Shown here in pieces: positions 40,426 to 54,198 of a DNA stretch of 64,000 nucleotides; the stretch's first letter is position 1, and every line of letters begins with the position of its first letter. The stretch is from Eledone cirrhosa (Eukaryota). The notes under the pieces are model-generated. The model made no database searches and had not been told where the DNA came from. It was given only the letters and a program-made list of their open reading frames with translations. The translations under genes were made by a program, and so were the position numbers. The stretch covers positions 112,034,001 to 112,098,000 of the forward strand of contig OZ024745.1 in NCBI GenBank assembly GCA_964016885.1, written 5' to 3'.

Positions 40426-41372
40426 GTTGGTGGAGAGGCAAAATGGTTACATTGCTGGATAGAATGCATTACAGCATTTAATTTCGTTCTTCAATGTACT
40501 ATTGTGTTTAAATTCCATTAGATCAATATTTGTATTTCATTCCCTTAGAGTTGATAAAACAAGTATCAGTAACTGGATTTAATTGACTAGGTCTCCTCAC
40601 TATAACTTTGATACCGTATGTTGATATCAGTATTACAATGCTGTGAGTAGGTAGTGTAAACCATGAAAACACAATGTCATTCTAACTTGTGTAATCAATT
40701 TGAAGCTTTCTGTTTATATTAAAAAAATTGTATCAGAATAAACAAACAGACAGACTTGTTTGATCTGATTTGTTATTTTTCATAAAATTTGGAAGCTAAA
40801 AAATAAAGCTAATATTTATCTTAATTGTTTAATTCATCTATTAGACAAGCAGTAACACTATAGCCTACATGCAGTCACTCAATCTGTTAGAAATAACAGT
40901 CAAATCCCCTTCAAATCATATTCCACCACCTTGTAAAAGGAAGGAAGAGCACATTAGAAAATCAAGTATTTATTTGTTTATTATTTATTTAATTAATCAA
41001 TCTAAACGTCCATATAGAGCTAGCAAACCAGGACAGACTAGGGGAGTTATATAATACCCCTTACATTTAAGAAACAAAAATAAAATCAACAGAGAGATGA
41101 AAAAATAATTACAAACAAGTGAAGGCCACTGAGAAGATAAAGAAAAACTGGAAAACAAGGGAAACTGTAAAGCAGCTAAAAGTTTCTGTTGTGGAATCTT
41201 TTCATAGCCTCCATCTACTCAAGTAAGTTTTGTTGTAATGATGAGTGAGATTGTTTGAAGTTTCGGACAAAAGCTCCTGTTTGAGAGAGCAACAGGAAGT
41301 AAATGATGTGATTGAAGTTAATGTGAGATGTGAGATGTAGAGAGGGAGGTGTTGGTTATGTAGGGGGAGATC

Positions 41373-41433
<61 letters not shown>

Positions 41434-41539
41434 GAGTTAGAGGGAGAGCAAGAGATAGAGATAGATAGGTAGTGGAGGAAAAGCTGACAGTGTAATGTAA
41501 TGTCAATTAACTAATCATTTTCAAGGGGGTTTTGGTTAC

Positions 41540-41597
<58 letters not shown>

Positions 41598-42417
41598 CAT
41601 TACGTTTTGCTTTTTCTACCCGCCGAAATGCGATTCTCGCTGAATTTATTTTGTATTAATCTCCCAAGTCTTACAATTAACCTGTTAATAATACTACTGA
41701 CAGATTAATTACATAAGTTTATTTTAAAAACTACCCGGCCGAGAGCTTATTCGATCTGTGCTATTTATGCAATTTTTTGCATGGATTTACACATACTGAA
41801 TTAATTTGCCAAAATCTGGGGTTTTTCCCCTGTGAGTTACGCATGTGCTTTTACAAAACACTGTGTCATCCACAACACTGGTGCAGAGCAAAATACCTGT
41901 TGATAACGTGATATTCCTCATTCGATCATTATACCAAAAGCTTATTGTTTTAAGCAGACAGTATTATTGATTTAGGTGTCACAGAAACCCTGTACTGTAT
42001 TTTACCATCAATTCCAAGGGTCCAGGTTTGTTATATATATATATATATGTATATGTATATATATATATGAATATGTCATTTATTTTGTCTGACCTGTTTA
42101 GCTTGACTTGTTTTTTGGCTTAGGTGGTTAATGGCTTCTTGACCGCCTTCTCAGTTTGTATGGCCTTTATAACCTATGTTTATTGCTCTGGCCTTTTTTA
42201 GCCCATTTAGCGCTTGCCAGCATGACTCGGAATTTGCGTTACTTTTCGCTTTTTCTACTCACCGAAATGCGATTCTCGGTGAATTTATATATACACACAC
42301 AATATATATATATATATATATATATATAGTAATAATAATAAATTTGAAGACTAAAATGCAAAGAGGTCTCGATAAGCAGCGATTCTTTGCTTAAACTTTA
42401 ATCTGTTATTTTAATAA

Positions 42418-42448
<31 letters not shown>

Positions 42449-43233
42449 TAAAACAATGAAACAAAGCTAACGAATAGGGCTGACACAGCCCTATTTTCTC
42501 ACTCACTCAATAATTTAATTAAGTCTGTATTATTAAGACACAAATAAAAGAAAATTAGAGTGGTCACTTATACATTAATTAGCGAGAAAAACGATTTCAT
42601 ATGAGTAGGAAATTTAATTTTCCAGCTCCAGACCAGTGCATTAGTTTCTGTGATTCTGATCAGCCAGTGGTAGTCCAATTGGAACTACTGTGTGCAGAAA
42701 TTAGGTAATGTTAGTAAACATTACAGAAGTGACTAGAGTCATGTCTTCAGTGGGCATTAGCCTCTCTGGAATAGAGAGGTCCAATTAGCTATCCAGTATA
42801 CCACATTGATGATGATGATGATAAAGTTGATATAAAGCGTGATGTGCAGATATGCTATATAAAAGAGCTTATAGAAATAGGGAGAAGACCCTTAAAGATG
42901 GAAAAAGAATTTGCTATTGGCCACTACAAGGAATCAACTCTCATATCTCCCTGATACTGGCTAGGTGCTTTGAACCAATAAACCTATACAATATATAGCA
43001 TCTCTGTACATGAGCACACTACTCTTTATCTTAAGTTTATCTCCTCAGGTATGTATACACAATGTTTGTTTATATTTAAAAGATGTGATTCAGCTATCTA
43101 ATTTAAGATGGTAAAAGTTGTCACAGTCCCTTGGCTTTATGGTTCAAAGCATCTAAGCTGGTATCTGGCCAATGACGACTTCTCTTTCCGTCTATAAGGG
43201 TTTTCATAGCATCTTTGTGCATGAGCACACCAC

Positions 43234-43418
43234 AGTGGATTGGCAGTATCGGTAGAGGGTCGGACACCATGCTTTGATGCACAGAATTACGGCTCTTGCC
43301 ATTCTGAGTTCAAATCCCGCTGAGGTTAACTTTGCCTTTCATCCTTACGGGGTCGATAAAATAAAGTACCAGTAATGCACTGGGTAATTGCTGGCCTTGT
43401 ACCAAAAGTAGAAACAAT
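43234..43418 (+). mobile_element. SINE family A
   Basis: Near-consensus copy. Confidence 0.9.
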
Positions 43419-43434
43419 TATATATATATATATA

Positions 43435-44110
43435 TAAACGAACTAAGGAAAAAATTAGAAATAAGAGGGCTCAGATGTTGTTTACTCGAGAGAAGGCTAT
43501 GTTGGTACGGACACGTGATGCGCATGAAAGTCGATAGCTGTATAACAAAGTGCAGGGCAATAAAGATAGACGGTAGCCACGGAATAGGCAGACCTAGAAA
43601 AACCTGGGACGAGCTGATAAACTCCGACCTCACACACTTACACCTCTCCAAGACAATGTCACTGGACCGAGACCTTTGGCGATACTCAGTAACAGAGAAG
43701 ACCCGCCTTACCTAAATACATAGTAAAACCTACTACAGCCAGTAGGCATCTCTAACAAAATACACCCCGTCCCACCACCCCCACCCCATCCACACCACCC
43801 CCTTCTATGTAAAGTTATGTTGGTGCCACGCCATCCAGGCCGAAACAAATGAGATCGTGTAGGTGTCACGACAAAAAAACACACAGTCCACGCTGTAATG
43901 TGGCCGTGTAGGCAACACGGTAAAAACCTCCCAGCCCCACACTGTAAATGTGGTTGGTGTTAGGAAGGGCATCCAACTGTAGAAAACCTACCAGACAGTC
44001 CTATGCAAGCAAGACAATCACTCTTGCCTCAAGTGGGAATACCCCCGTCCAAACCCATGCAAGCGTGGAACACGGACGTTAAACGTTGATGATGATGATG
44101 ATGATGATGA
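43435..44110 (+). mobile_element. RTE LINE 3' fragment, same family as 33750-34805
   Basis: WYGHVMRMKVDSCITKCRAIKIDGSHGIGRPRKTWDEL; matching 3' UTR and (GAT)n tail. Confidence 0.92.
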
Positions 44111-44367
44111 TATATATTGGTAAACAGAATAGAAAATGCTGACAAATTGTTCACAGTGATATATATATATATATATATATCATCATCATTGTTTAAAGTC
44201 TATTTTTCCATGCTTGCATGGGTTAGACAGGTTGTCCACATCATGAGACAAGTCTGGCCAGTTGGCTGCGCCATACCTTGTTGAAACAGAACTATATTTT
44301 GGCTTGGATTTTTACAGCTGGATGCACTTCCTAACACCAACCATGTTCATATATATATATAAATATA

Positions 44368-44405
<38 letters not shown>

Positions 44406-44484
44406 CTCACTTATTTCCTAATGTTTGTTGAGTGAGTTGGAATTTGGCCGGAGTATCGCAAAAAAGCTTTCTCCGATAATGTAT

Positions 44485-44578
<94 letters not shown>

Positions 44579-45134
44579 GTGTGTGTTGTGTTACTGGAAT
44601 TGCATACATAATAATCAAGAAAGAACCACTACCAATGTCTATGACAGGAAAAAGAAGAGATTTCATCTGTTCAATAGTCTATTACACACTCTCTCCCTTT
44701 CTTTTTGATTTAGAAAAAAAGAAAAGAAAACATTCTTTGTCTACATTCATTGTTCTGTCTTTTATTCTCTCATTTTCCTGCTACCTTTTCTGATTTGAAA
44801 GAAACTTATTGATTTAAAAAAAAACAAAAAAAAACACTATCTCATTTCCATAAATGAATTTAAAATTAAAATTGAATATTATACTGATGATATCGATTAA
44901 GATTAAAATATGTGTATGTAATTGGAATTTATTATCATTAATACAACAAAATAAATATGAAATAGACTCCCTCTCCACACCTAAAAGTAAAGTAAAAATT
45001 GATATTTATATATGCAGGGTGTTCCTAAAAGTATATACACATATTTATTAGAATGCTTTTGAAGTGTTTATACAATTTTTGAGACACACTGTATTCACAC
45101 ACACACACACACACATGCATATGTATATATATAT

Positions 45135-45510
45135 CTTAGGATTCGTGCTCTGAAATAGCGATGTATACATGAATGTATGTATAGTATATTTGCCAATATA
45201 CCGCATGTTTAATTAAAAACATTTTGAAGACCATACGCTATTGGTTTTAAAGTAGTGACTATGTCACTTACTTCTTTTCGACGAAAGAAGGGAGAGAAGC
45301 TGTTTGGTGATCATCAGAACCACATACTCCCCTGTTTCCGGCGAAAATTATAGAAGCTGGATTCTTATAGAATTCAAGTAATAATCAGGAGCTGATTATA
45401 CAGAGCGATTGCCGGTCCAGCAAAAATTAGGTATTAGGATTGGTGCTCTGAAACAGCGATGTATACATGAATGTATGTATAGTATATTTGGCAATATACA
45501 GTCTGTTTAT
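45135..45510 (+). mobile_element. Probable PLE pseudo-LTR remnant (~70-bp direct repeat)
   Basis: ggattcgtgctctgaaatagcgatgtatacatgaatg.. at ~45139 and ~45437; intervening KIIEAGFL resembles a GIY-YIG C-terminus; degenerate ctgatta..gctct-GAAA-cagcgatg-TA. Confidence 0.45.
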
Positions 45511-45579
45511 ATTGGTGGACAGAGACAGGATACTCTTCACACCGCTACACATCATACTTGGCAAAATAAGAATTATTAT

Positions 45580-45800
45580 TTACTCAGCTGTACAAATGAG
45601 TTGCGATGTCACTGATGTCAAGCTGTATTGGCCATTGCCTTTCCCTTGGACAACATTAATGGCATGGAGGGGGGAGGCTGGTATGCATGGGTGACTGCTG
45701 GTCTTCCACAGACAACCTTGCCCAGACTTGTGCCTCGGAGGGAAACTTTCTAGGTGCAAATCCCAATGGTCATTTGTGACCGAAGGGGGTCTTTACCCCT
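45580..45800 (+). mobile_element. 5'-truncated CORE-like SINE (family C)
   Basis: Matches the minus-strand copy at 54199-54530. Confidence 0.75.
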
Positions 45801-45834
45801 ATTATTGGAGAGACAAAATGATGTGAATGGCAGA

Positions 45835-46015
45835 TAATTGTTTCTACTTTTGGCACAAGGCCAGCAATTACCCAGTTCATAACTGGTATTTTATTTTATC
45901 GACCCCGTAAGGATGAAAGGCAAAGTTAACCTTGGCGGGATTTGAACTCAGAATGGCAAGGGCCGTAACTCTATGCGTCAAAGCATGGCGTCCGACCCTC
46001 TACCGATACTGCCAA
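45835..46015 (-). mobile_element. SINE family A
   Basis: Near-consensus; TSD atggcagataat. Confidence 0.9.
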
Positions 46016-47249
46016 TATGGCAGATAATGAAAGGCATTAAAGTAAATAAATCAAACCACCTTTTGTTCCCTCCATCTACCATCAGAGTTCAAATTCAATG
46101 AGGATACACTTTTCTTTCACTCTTCTTGGACTTGTAATATGAATATCAATAGTATACACATGTTTATTAATTCAACAGTAGTCTCTCTTTCCTACAGTTT
46201 GTTATCCTGTACTGAAATGAGAAATTCTTATTCTTATCATGATTAGCAGTGCATAATTAATAATCAATCTATTAATTATTAAATTCAAGTATTTGCAGCT
46301 GTTCTTTCAATAAAACTACTCTATACCTGAAGTTGTTATGCTTTCATTATTTCAGATTCAGTTTCTTGATAATAAGATATTTAAATCTGCTTGCCTAAAG
46401 CTTAAGGCTTACATGAGAATTAATTATATTTCAAAACCCACTGTATAAATTCCTCTTTTGTTACATTGTTATATTTATCAAATTTTAGCAGAAAACAAAG
46501 AAAATCAATATAAAAACACCCAAACATGAAAGAAATGTAAATTTTGTAAAGCATATATAAACTATGTATTTGACATTGTGCCACTAGTTAATGGTATATT
46601 TCTCTGTTAATCTTAGTCTATAGTTTCATGGTTCAATGGGTTATTCTTATTAAAGGCAACTGACTGTAAAGCACATGTTTCAATCCAAGTAGATTAAAAA
46701 ATAAAACAACAGAAAAAAATGTATTTAACTCATGATATGGAAAACAGCTGTAAACCATTAAAATAATATATAAATAAATAAAATGAATTGGAAGAAAGAA
46801 AGAAAATAAGTAATAAATGAACTTATATGAACAATCTGTGTACCAAAATCAAATCTGTTGCTTGTAACGACACTTATTTTAACAAAGCTTTTGATATTTT
46901 TCAATCATTTTTGCTTTTTCTATTTCTAAATCTTAATAAGAAAATGAATTTTCAGTGAAACTATATCTAATGTTTTACAACAATGTTAAAAAAAAATATA
47001 AATATATATTTTCGAAGATAATGAAAGTCTAGTTATGTTACAAGAAAAGTTAAATCTACTTCATTTTAGTTTTTACAACTTCAAGCCATTAAATATCAGA
47101 TATCAATATATAGGTAATGCTTAGTGCTTCTGGTTAAAAAAAAAATGTCACTCATTATTATTCAGTTTAAAAGGGTGGTGGATTAGCAGTATTGGTAGAG
47201 TATCGGACAACATGCTTTATGGCATAGAGCTACAACCCTTTAAGTTTTG

Positions 47250-47395
47250 AGACCCCAAAATGCATGTCAGGTGTGAAGCCATATGAAGGTCATACTGACA
47301 GTTTTTTTTTTATTATGAAGCTTTGTGCCTCATGGATACACACCAAAAGGATAAATAGTTACAAAGGAGTATTATCAGGAAGTCCTCTGATGTTC
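47250..47395 (+). mobile_element. Mariner transposase catalytic-region fragment
   Basis: PQNACQV*SHMKVILTVFF..HGYTPKG*IVTKEYYQEVL. Confidence 0.75.
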
Positions 47396-47404
47396 TTGTG
47401 ATAA

Positions 47405-47625
47405 AGGGTGGTAGATTAGCAGTATCGGTAGAGCATCGGCCAACATGATTTATGGCATAGAGTTACAGCCCTTTACGTTCTGAGTTCAAATCTCACCGAG
47501 TTTAGCTTTACCTTTCATCCTTACAAGGGTTGATAAAATAAAGTACCAGTAACATACTGGAGTCGATTTAATCAACTTTCCCCTTCCCCAAAATTGTTGG
47601 CCTTATGTCTAAATCAGAAACCATT
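47405..47625 (+). mobile_element. SINE family A, longer-tail variant
   Basis: A/B boxes, core and tail present. Confidence 0.85.
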
Positions 47626-47849
47626 ATATATGCATATATAAGAAAGACAGTCTAAATGTGGTGTTTGTAAGAAGAAAAAGCATTGTGAATGTTTAAACAA
47701 GAGATATTATACAGTTACTGTTTCAGAGAAGCAAAGATTATTGTAGTAGTAATAGAAGAGACAGAGAAAAGATATAACTTGATAGTGTAAATAGTTAGTG
47801 ATTGAAGGTTCAATTATTTTAGCTGAGATAAACAAATATTTTTCAACTT

Positions 47850-48220
47850 TTGCCAGAAAAATGACACTTTATGGAAATCAGGTTGTTTATCACTCAATAC
47901 ATAATGATGGCAGACATGTTTATATATTACAAGCATTTCTATTTAATAGTTTCGTAAGAGCTTGAACAATTCCTACATATATAGCTTTATATACAAATCA
48001 CATATCAATTTTGATTTTAACAGAACTTGGTGCAACAGCATTAAATATTTGACTGGAGACACAGAGCTGCAAGAAGCATTTCTCTAATAGAAATACACTT
48101 TAACATAGTTCTTTGATTTGCTTGATTTTGTAAGCAAATTTCTCTCATTTGAACCACTTAACATAGGATAAATCTTGAAATATTATTGTTTCCACAATAA
48201 AGACTGGAGATTGATCAGAT
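47850..48220 (-). pseudogene. Candidate class C GPCR Venus-flytrap pseudogene fragment
   Basis: FLLEKCFLQLC..KIDM*FVYKAIYVGIVQALTKLLNRNAC (47943-47997) resembles 'FVxxAVYAxAHALHxx..C'. Confidence 0.48.
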
Positions 48221-48225
48221 TGCCC

Positions 48226-48700
48226 AACAACAACTACAACAATATCAAGATCACCACCACCACCACTACCAAAAAACAAAAACAAAAACAACAATATCAA
48301 GATCACCACCACCACCACTACCAACAACAAAAACAACAATATCAAGATCACCACCACCACCACCACCACCACTACCAAAAACAAAAACAAAAACAACAAT
48401 ATCAAGATCACCACCACCACCACCACCACTACCAAAAACAAAAACAAAAACAACAATATCAAGATCACCACCACCACCACTACCAACAACAAAAACAACA
48501 ATATCAAGATCACCACCACCACCACCACCACCACTACCAAAAACAAAAACAAAAACAACAATATCAAGATCACCACCACCACCACCACCACCACTACCAA
48601 CAACAAAAACAACAATATCAAGATCACCACCACCACCACCACCACCACCACCACTACCAAAAACAAAAACAACAACAACATCAAGATCACCACCATCACT
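48226..48700. repeat. Minisatellite caacaatatcaagat(cac)n-taccaa(aaacaa)n
   Basis: About 10 variable-length units. Confidence 0.92.
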
Positions 48701-49889
48701 CCTTCACTCACCCTGCTCTGGGGAAACGCCTTCTCTATTCTGTCTGCCGGGGTCGTGGGGTGGCCAACGTGTGGCACCCCATTTTCTCACAATACTGAGA
48801 GATGGAGAGAGTTGGAGAGATGGTGGCAGATTCTTCTGTTCACTTTATCTATAATTCACTGAATCATACTGAGTTGTGAAGTTGAAGTAAAATTTGTTAC
48901 CAAACATTTAGCTGCTATCACAGTCTCTCTTCCCTTGCTCTTCTGTTTACTATTCTCTCCACCTCCAATCACATAATTTCTCCCATCATACTCTTTTCTT
49001 GTCCTGGTTTCTCTTCTGTTATTACTCTCTCTTCTATTCATTTCTTTAATCACATTTTTTTGCATGAACAAAGACAATGCAATAAAGATAGATTTTTTTT
49101 GTTTTTCTAAGAACATGATAACTTGCCAGTGCCATAAAGATAGATTTTTTGTTTTTCTAAGAACATGATAACTTGCCAGTGCCATAATAAAATGAACCCA
49201 GTACACTCTGTAAAGTAGTTGGTATTCGGCTGCAGAAACTATACAAAAAAAATGTATATAAATGAGATGTGATCCTTGACTCATCTAGGAAGGTAGTAAC
49301 TTGAAATAAGAACTGGCTTGGACCACAATGACCCATTCAGCTCATATCAGATTGGAAACTAGATGTAAAATGACAATGATGATGATGAAGATGATGATAT
49401 TATTAATATAAATTTTATGACCATGTCATAATATTGATATAAGTATTTTCCACCAATCAAACTAAAGGGAATACCTGACAACAAATTTTACTTAATGCTG
49501 CATTGTTTGAAATCGATTCCACTCATGCTAAAATGTGAAACTATTACTTCTATTAAATATTTTTATGTTGCAATCATGTATATACCTCATAGTAATGCCA
49601 CTATCAACACAGAGAACCTCTATGTGGTCACTTGATCTGTTAGAGATAGCAGACTAATTTACCTCAAATCACACACTCTACCATTTTAAAGAAAAGAAGG
49701 ACACATTAGATACTGTAGTCCTTATATATCCCTAAAAAGATGGGATCCTTTGATCATCAATCTACTTAAACAGGGCCTACTGGGATTATAAAACAACAAC
49801 ACCTCACAAGGAGCTTTTACTTGATTATTCACCCTCTAAGTAGCAGTGGCCATATCTCCATCAAATCTCATTCTACTGATTTCGAAAAT

Positions 49890-50275
49890 TGAAAGACACA
49901 TGACATGATGTACTCCTAGATATCCACTCCTCTGAAAGTTGACAGACACATCACATGATACCCCACCCCTTTCAAGGCGAAGGACACATTATATGATGTA
50001 GTCCAAGATACACCACCCCTCTGAAGGTGAAAGACACATTATATATTGTAGTCCTAGGTACCCACTCTTCTGAAAGGTGACTGACACATTACATGATGTA
50101 GTCCTAGATATCCCACTCTTCTGAAGGTGACTGACACATTACATAATGTAGTCCTAGATATCCCACTCTTCTGAAGGTGAAGGACACATTACATGATGTA
50201 GTCCTAGATATCCCACTCTTCTGAAGGTGAAGGACACAATACATGATGTAGTCCTAGGTACCCACTCTTCTAGGG
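49890..50275. repeat. 50-bp minisatellite
   Basis: ctgaaggtga at 50121, 50171 and 50221; ~7 units; the unit resembles a dispersed repeat (e.g. ~49700). Confidence 0.88.
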
Positions 50276-50984
50276 TTAAACAAACATAACAACCATTACA
50301 CTCACCACCATTCCCACTATAATTGTATCCCCCCCCTCCATCACCATTGCTATCATCATCATAATCATCACCATCAATATTACAACTAAAATCATTGCTG
50401 CCACTATACAACCACCATAAAGATGATGATGATGACGATGATGGTAATGATGGTGAATGATGATGATGGTGATGCTGATGGTGAATGATGATGATGATGA
50501 TGATGATGGTGAATGATGATGACGACGATGATGATGATGATGATGATGAATGATTATTAGTTATAACCCTGTCAAGATTAACACAGCCAATAGCTCCCAC
50601 TGTTACTCTCAACAATTACACAGATAATACTATTTGCCAGTATCCTCAACACTCACTAGCACCGCCACTACTGCCACTGAAGACTCCACCACCACCACCA
50701 TCACCACCACCCACCACCATCACCACTACCACCACCTTCTTCAGCACATTTGATAGTTGTACCATATTGCAACAACCTATTTAGATATGCAGATCTTTAT
50801 GAAACTTGACCTAGCCTTTCCATCATAAACTTTGTTAATAATATCAGAGAAATAAAGATAAAACCCTTGCTACACCACTGGGTACTGATTTCAACAATGC
50901 AGCACCATAGCGTGATTGTTAGATACAAGAAGATTCAATACGGCACAGTGTAGCTCATAACAGAAAAGCACCGATCAACCTACC

Positions 50985-51670
50985 AGATCATATCATGTCA
51001 TGTCACGTCAGTCACGTCATGTCACATCACGTCATGTCATGTCACGTCATGTCACATCACGTCATCTCACGTCACGTCACATCACATCATAACACATCAC
51101 ATCACATCATAACATGCCACATCACATCACATCATAACACACCACACCACCCCACATCATAACACATCCTAACACATCACATCGCATCTCATCACATCGC
51201 ATCACACCACACCACAGCATATCACATCACACCATAACACATCACACCACATCACGTCACACCACATTGCATCGCATCACATCACATCACACCCCACCAC
51301 ATCACACCATAACACATCACATCATAACACATCATATCACACCACATCACATCACATCATATCACATCACATCACATCATAACACATCATACCACATCAC
51401 ACCACATCACATCACATGATAACACATCACATCACAACACATCATATCACACCACATCACATCACATCATAACACATCACATCACGTCACGTCACGTCAC
51501 ATCACGTCATGTCACGCCATGTCCCGTCACGATACGTCCTGTCATGCCACGTCCCGTCACGCCATGTCACCCCACGTCCCGTCACGCCACATCCCGTCAC
51601 ACCATGTCATGTTGTGTCACACCACATCACGTCACATCACACCACATCATATCACATCACACACAGCACA
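50985..51670. repeat. Pentanucleotide array (CACAT/CACGT/CATGT)n
   Basis: Direct inspection. Confidence 0.92.
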
Positions 51671-52199
51671 TTACAACAAAGCACAGATCAGTGTACCACA
51701 TCACATCACCCTCAGCACATTACAATAAAGATCAGTACATCACATAACACATCACAGAACAACACAACATAGCCCAACTCAGAACAGCAGATGTACAGAA
51801 CTTCCCAGTACATCACATCACTTTGTATCAAAGCTTAGTGTAAATCATCTCACCAGACATAACATAACATCACATCATAGATTCAGGTGGGAGAGGAACT
51901 TAGTGTATAAGATACCAAAACTAAAATATTGTGAGCCATTTAGGGGTCAGTTTCTGCTTTCTACCATTTTTCTTTGAACAGTGAATGCCCTGACCTCAAG
52001 GTTGCTGGATTTCAGAACTTCAAGCTGTATATCTGTCTTTGTCTAACTTTCTTGACCATCAACCCTTCAGGAAATCCTGGACCCCTCATAAACCCTAGCT
52101 ATGTACAAAAATAAATGAGTAAATAAAGAAACAATAAAGATTAATTATATATAAATCTGAAACCTGTATAAGTGAGTTGTATTTTATTGTGTTAATGTA

Positions 52200-53495
52200 T
52201 TTATTTCCATTTCTTATACAAAATTAGGTTTTGGCTCATAAGTTTCATTGATCCCCTGTGTACTCTTATTGTCCACCGGGCCTCAATATCAATATCTACT
52301 ACTTTAAGTGATTAAAATGTCAAGTGGTAAAGTCTAAGAAGTTAATTATTGTCAGAAATGAGCAAGAATATTGAATAATACCAAAACCGTTTTCATTCAG
52401 TATTGTTGGACCACGGCACTAATCATATTTTCTTTCAGTTTAACTTTCTAATTTGAAACAACAAAGCCAAATATTCTATCTGTCTCACACCATAAATACA
52501 TTTCTTGTGACTAAATATGAAGCCATTGTTGCATGATATTGTTAAGCACTGAATATATGAAGTATCATGTTTTATTTTTTACCTACAATAGACTAGAATA
52601 TCATCTCCAATATTATTTATGTCAGGTTTACTTTGGAAAAAACTGCAAATAATTTCCTGAGGTCCTTCAAATGCTGAAGATATTCCCTGAACCAGTTGTT
52701 AATATCAATATAATCTGCTGGAAGAAGTAAATATTATATGATGTAATGATAGATCTAATTTCACCTGGTGACAGCTCATATTAAGATTGAGTTTTGTAAA
52801 GAAGCATGAGACTGTCAAAATTTTCTAATACTTCAACAGTAAGTATTTGATATTGTCTCCTTTAGATAGTTGTATTTGCTCTGTATACGTCCATACACAA
52901 ACAAACAAACAAATATTCTTTTTCTTTGTTGGTGCCAGAGCTATGAAGCCATCAACTTCTTTTATGGTGTCCAGTCATAACTTCTGTTCAACTTCTTGTT
53001 TCTATACATGAAATGCTATTCTACTTACAAGTTGTATTATAGTTTTGATATAGTAATTGATTGATAATTTTAACACAATGTCTCTTAACAATGCTGTTGA
53101 ATAATTCAGGGAATTGTTTAGTAATTGAATCATATTTTACTGTCGAGGGAGTCTAAACAATTTATTTTTAATTATACCAAGTAGAGAAATTATTTCACAA
53201 TCTAATAAACAAGCCACCAGTCATAGATTTAATAACAAATTTCTTCTCAATATAATAAATTGAGCCAATTTCAGGTGTGACATAAATGACCCCAAATAAA
53301 GCTAAAAGTGCAGTTGAGTCATAGGTAATATCTTGGTTTAGCATGATTGAATAATTGTTTCAGGATTGAATATCTCAAAATTATTAAATGTCGCTTTATC
53401 AATTAAATTACATGTTGTTCTATTATGCTCAATAAATGGTATGACAGTTTCCCCTACTTTTAGTTGCTGTTTACTTGATCGCTATCCTTTGTCTG
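52200..53495 (-). pseudogene. Candidate class C GPCR-like Venus-flytrap (ANF_receptor) large exon, pseudogenised
   Basis: After a tatatttcag acceptor: VGETVIPFIEHN..STALLALFGVIYVT..YDWWLV..KEVDGFIALAP..NIKYLLLKY*KILTVSC..LVQGISSAFEGPQEIIC..GPTILNENGFGIIQY..IEARW..MKLMSQNLIL, colinear with mGluR/CaSR VFT motifs; many stops and frameshifts. Confidence 0.45.
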
Positions 53496-53678
53496 AAATA
53501 TAAATTTATTGTCACAGACTGTCAATGTTTTTATGTAAATTATCAATGTAACTCTTCAAACAGATTTTAAAAAGACAGTAGAAGAAAACAACGCACTATA
53601 ATGATATAAATTTAATGCTTAAAAGAAGTAATCAAAGAGCCTTGATGTTTCAGACATTAGTTATACATATATATATGT

Positions 53679-54030
53679 GGAGGCACATGGCTTAGTGGTT
53701 AGTGCATTGGCCTTGCAATCTAAAGGTTGTGAGTTCAATTCTCAGACTGGGTGATGTGTTGTTTCCTTGAGCAAAACACTTTATTTCACATTGCTTCAGT
53801 TTACTCAGCTGTAGAAATGAGATGATAGGGACTGGGGTCCCTATCATTCCACTGCAAAGTGGTCGTGTAGGTGCCACGGCAAAAAAGGCACCCAGCAGTC
53901 GCTGTAAATGAGGTTGGTGTTAGGAAGGGCATCCAGCTGTAGAAATCAAGCCAGAATCAGTTCCCGTCCCATCCTTGCAAGCAGAGAAAAAGCGGCCGTA
54001 AAATGATGATAAAATGATGATGATGATGAT
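53679..54030 (+). mobile_element. tRNA-derived CORE-like SINE with RTE-type 3' tail (family B)
   Basis: tggcttagtggttag A box, gagttcaattc B box, ccttgagcaaaacacttta core, tail ggtgttaggaagggcatccagc..(gat)n shared with RTE copies in the window. Confidence 0.88.
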
Positions 54031-54198
54031 ATATATATATATTCAGCTTCACATTTGAAAAGAGGATAATAGCCCTGGAATATCACGTCAGAGTATACTT
54101 TGTTTTGTTATTTCTCATCATTTTCCCTTTGTATTTTTCTATCGCATTTTACCAGCTTTTTGAAAATTATCAGTTTTTACTATATATATATAAAAAAA

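Noticed and set aside
45015-45092. Tiny element with cag(g/t)gtgt.. inverted ends
   Set aside because: Probably a minimal Tc1/mariner MITE relic; too short and diverged to support further.
48145-48798. QYQDHHHH repeat protein or CRISPR-like regular spacing
   Set aside because: Minisatellite with no unique spacers; no cas genes; eukaryotic context.
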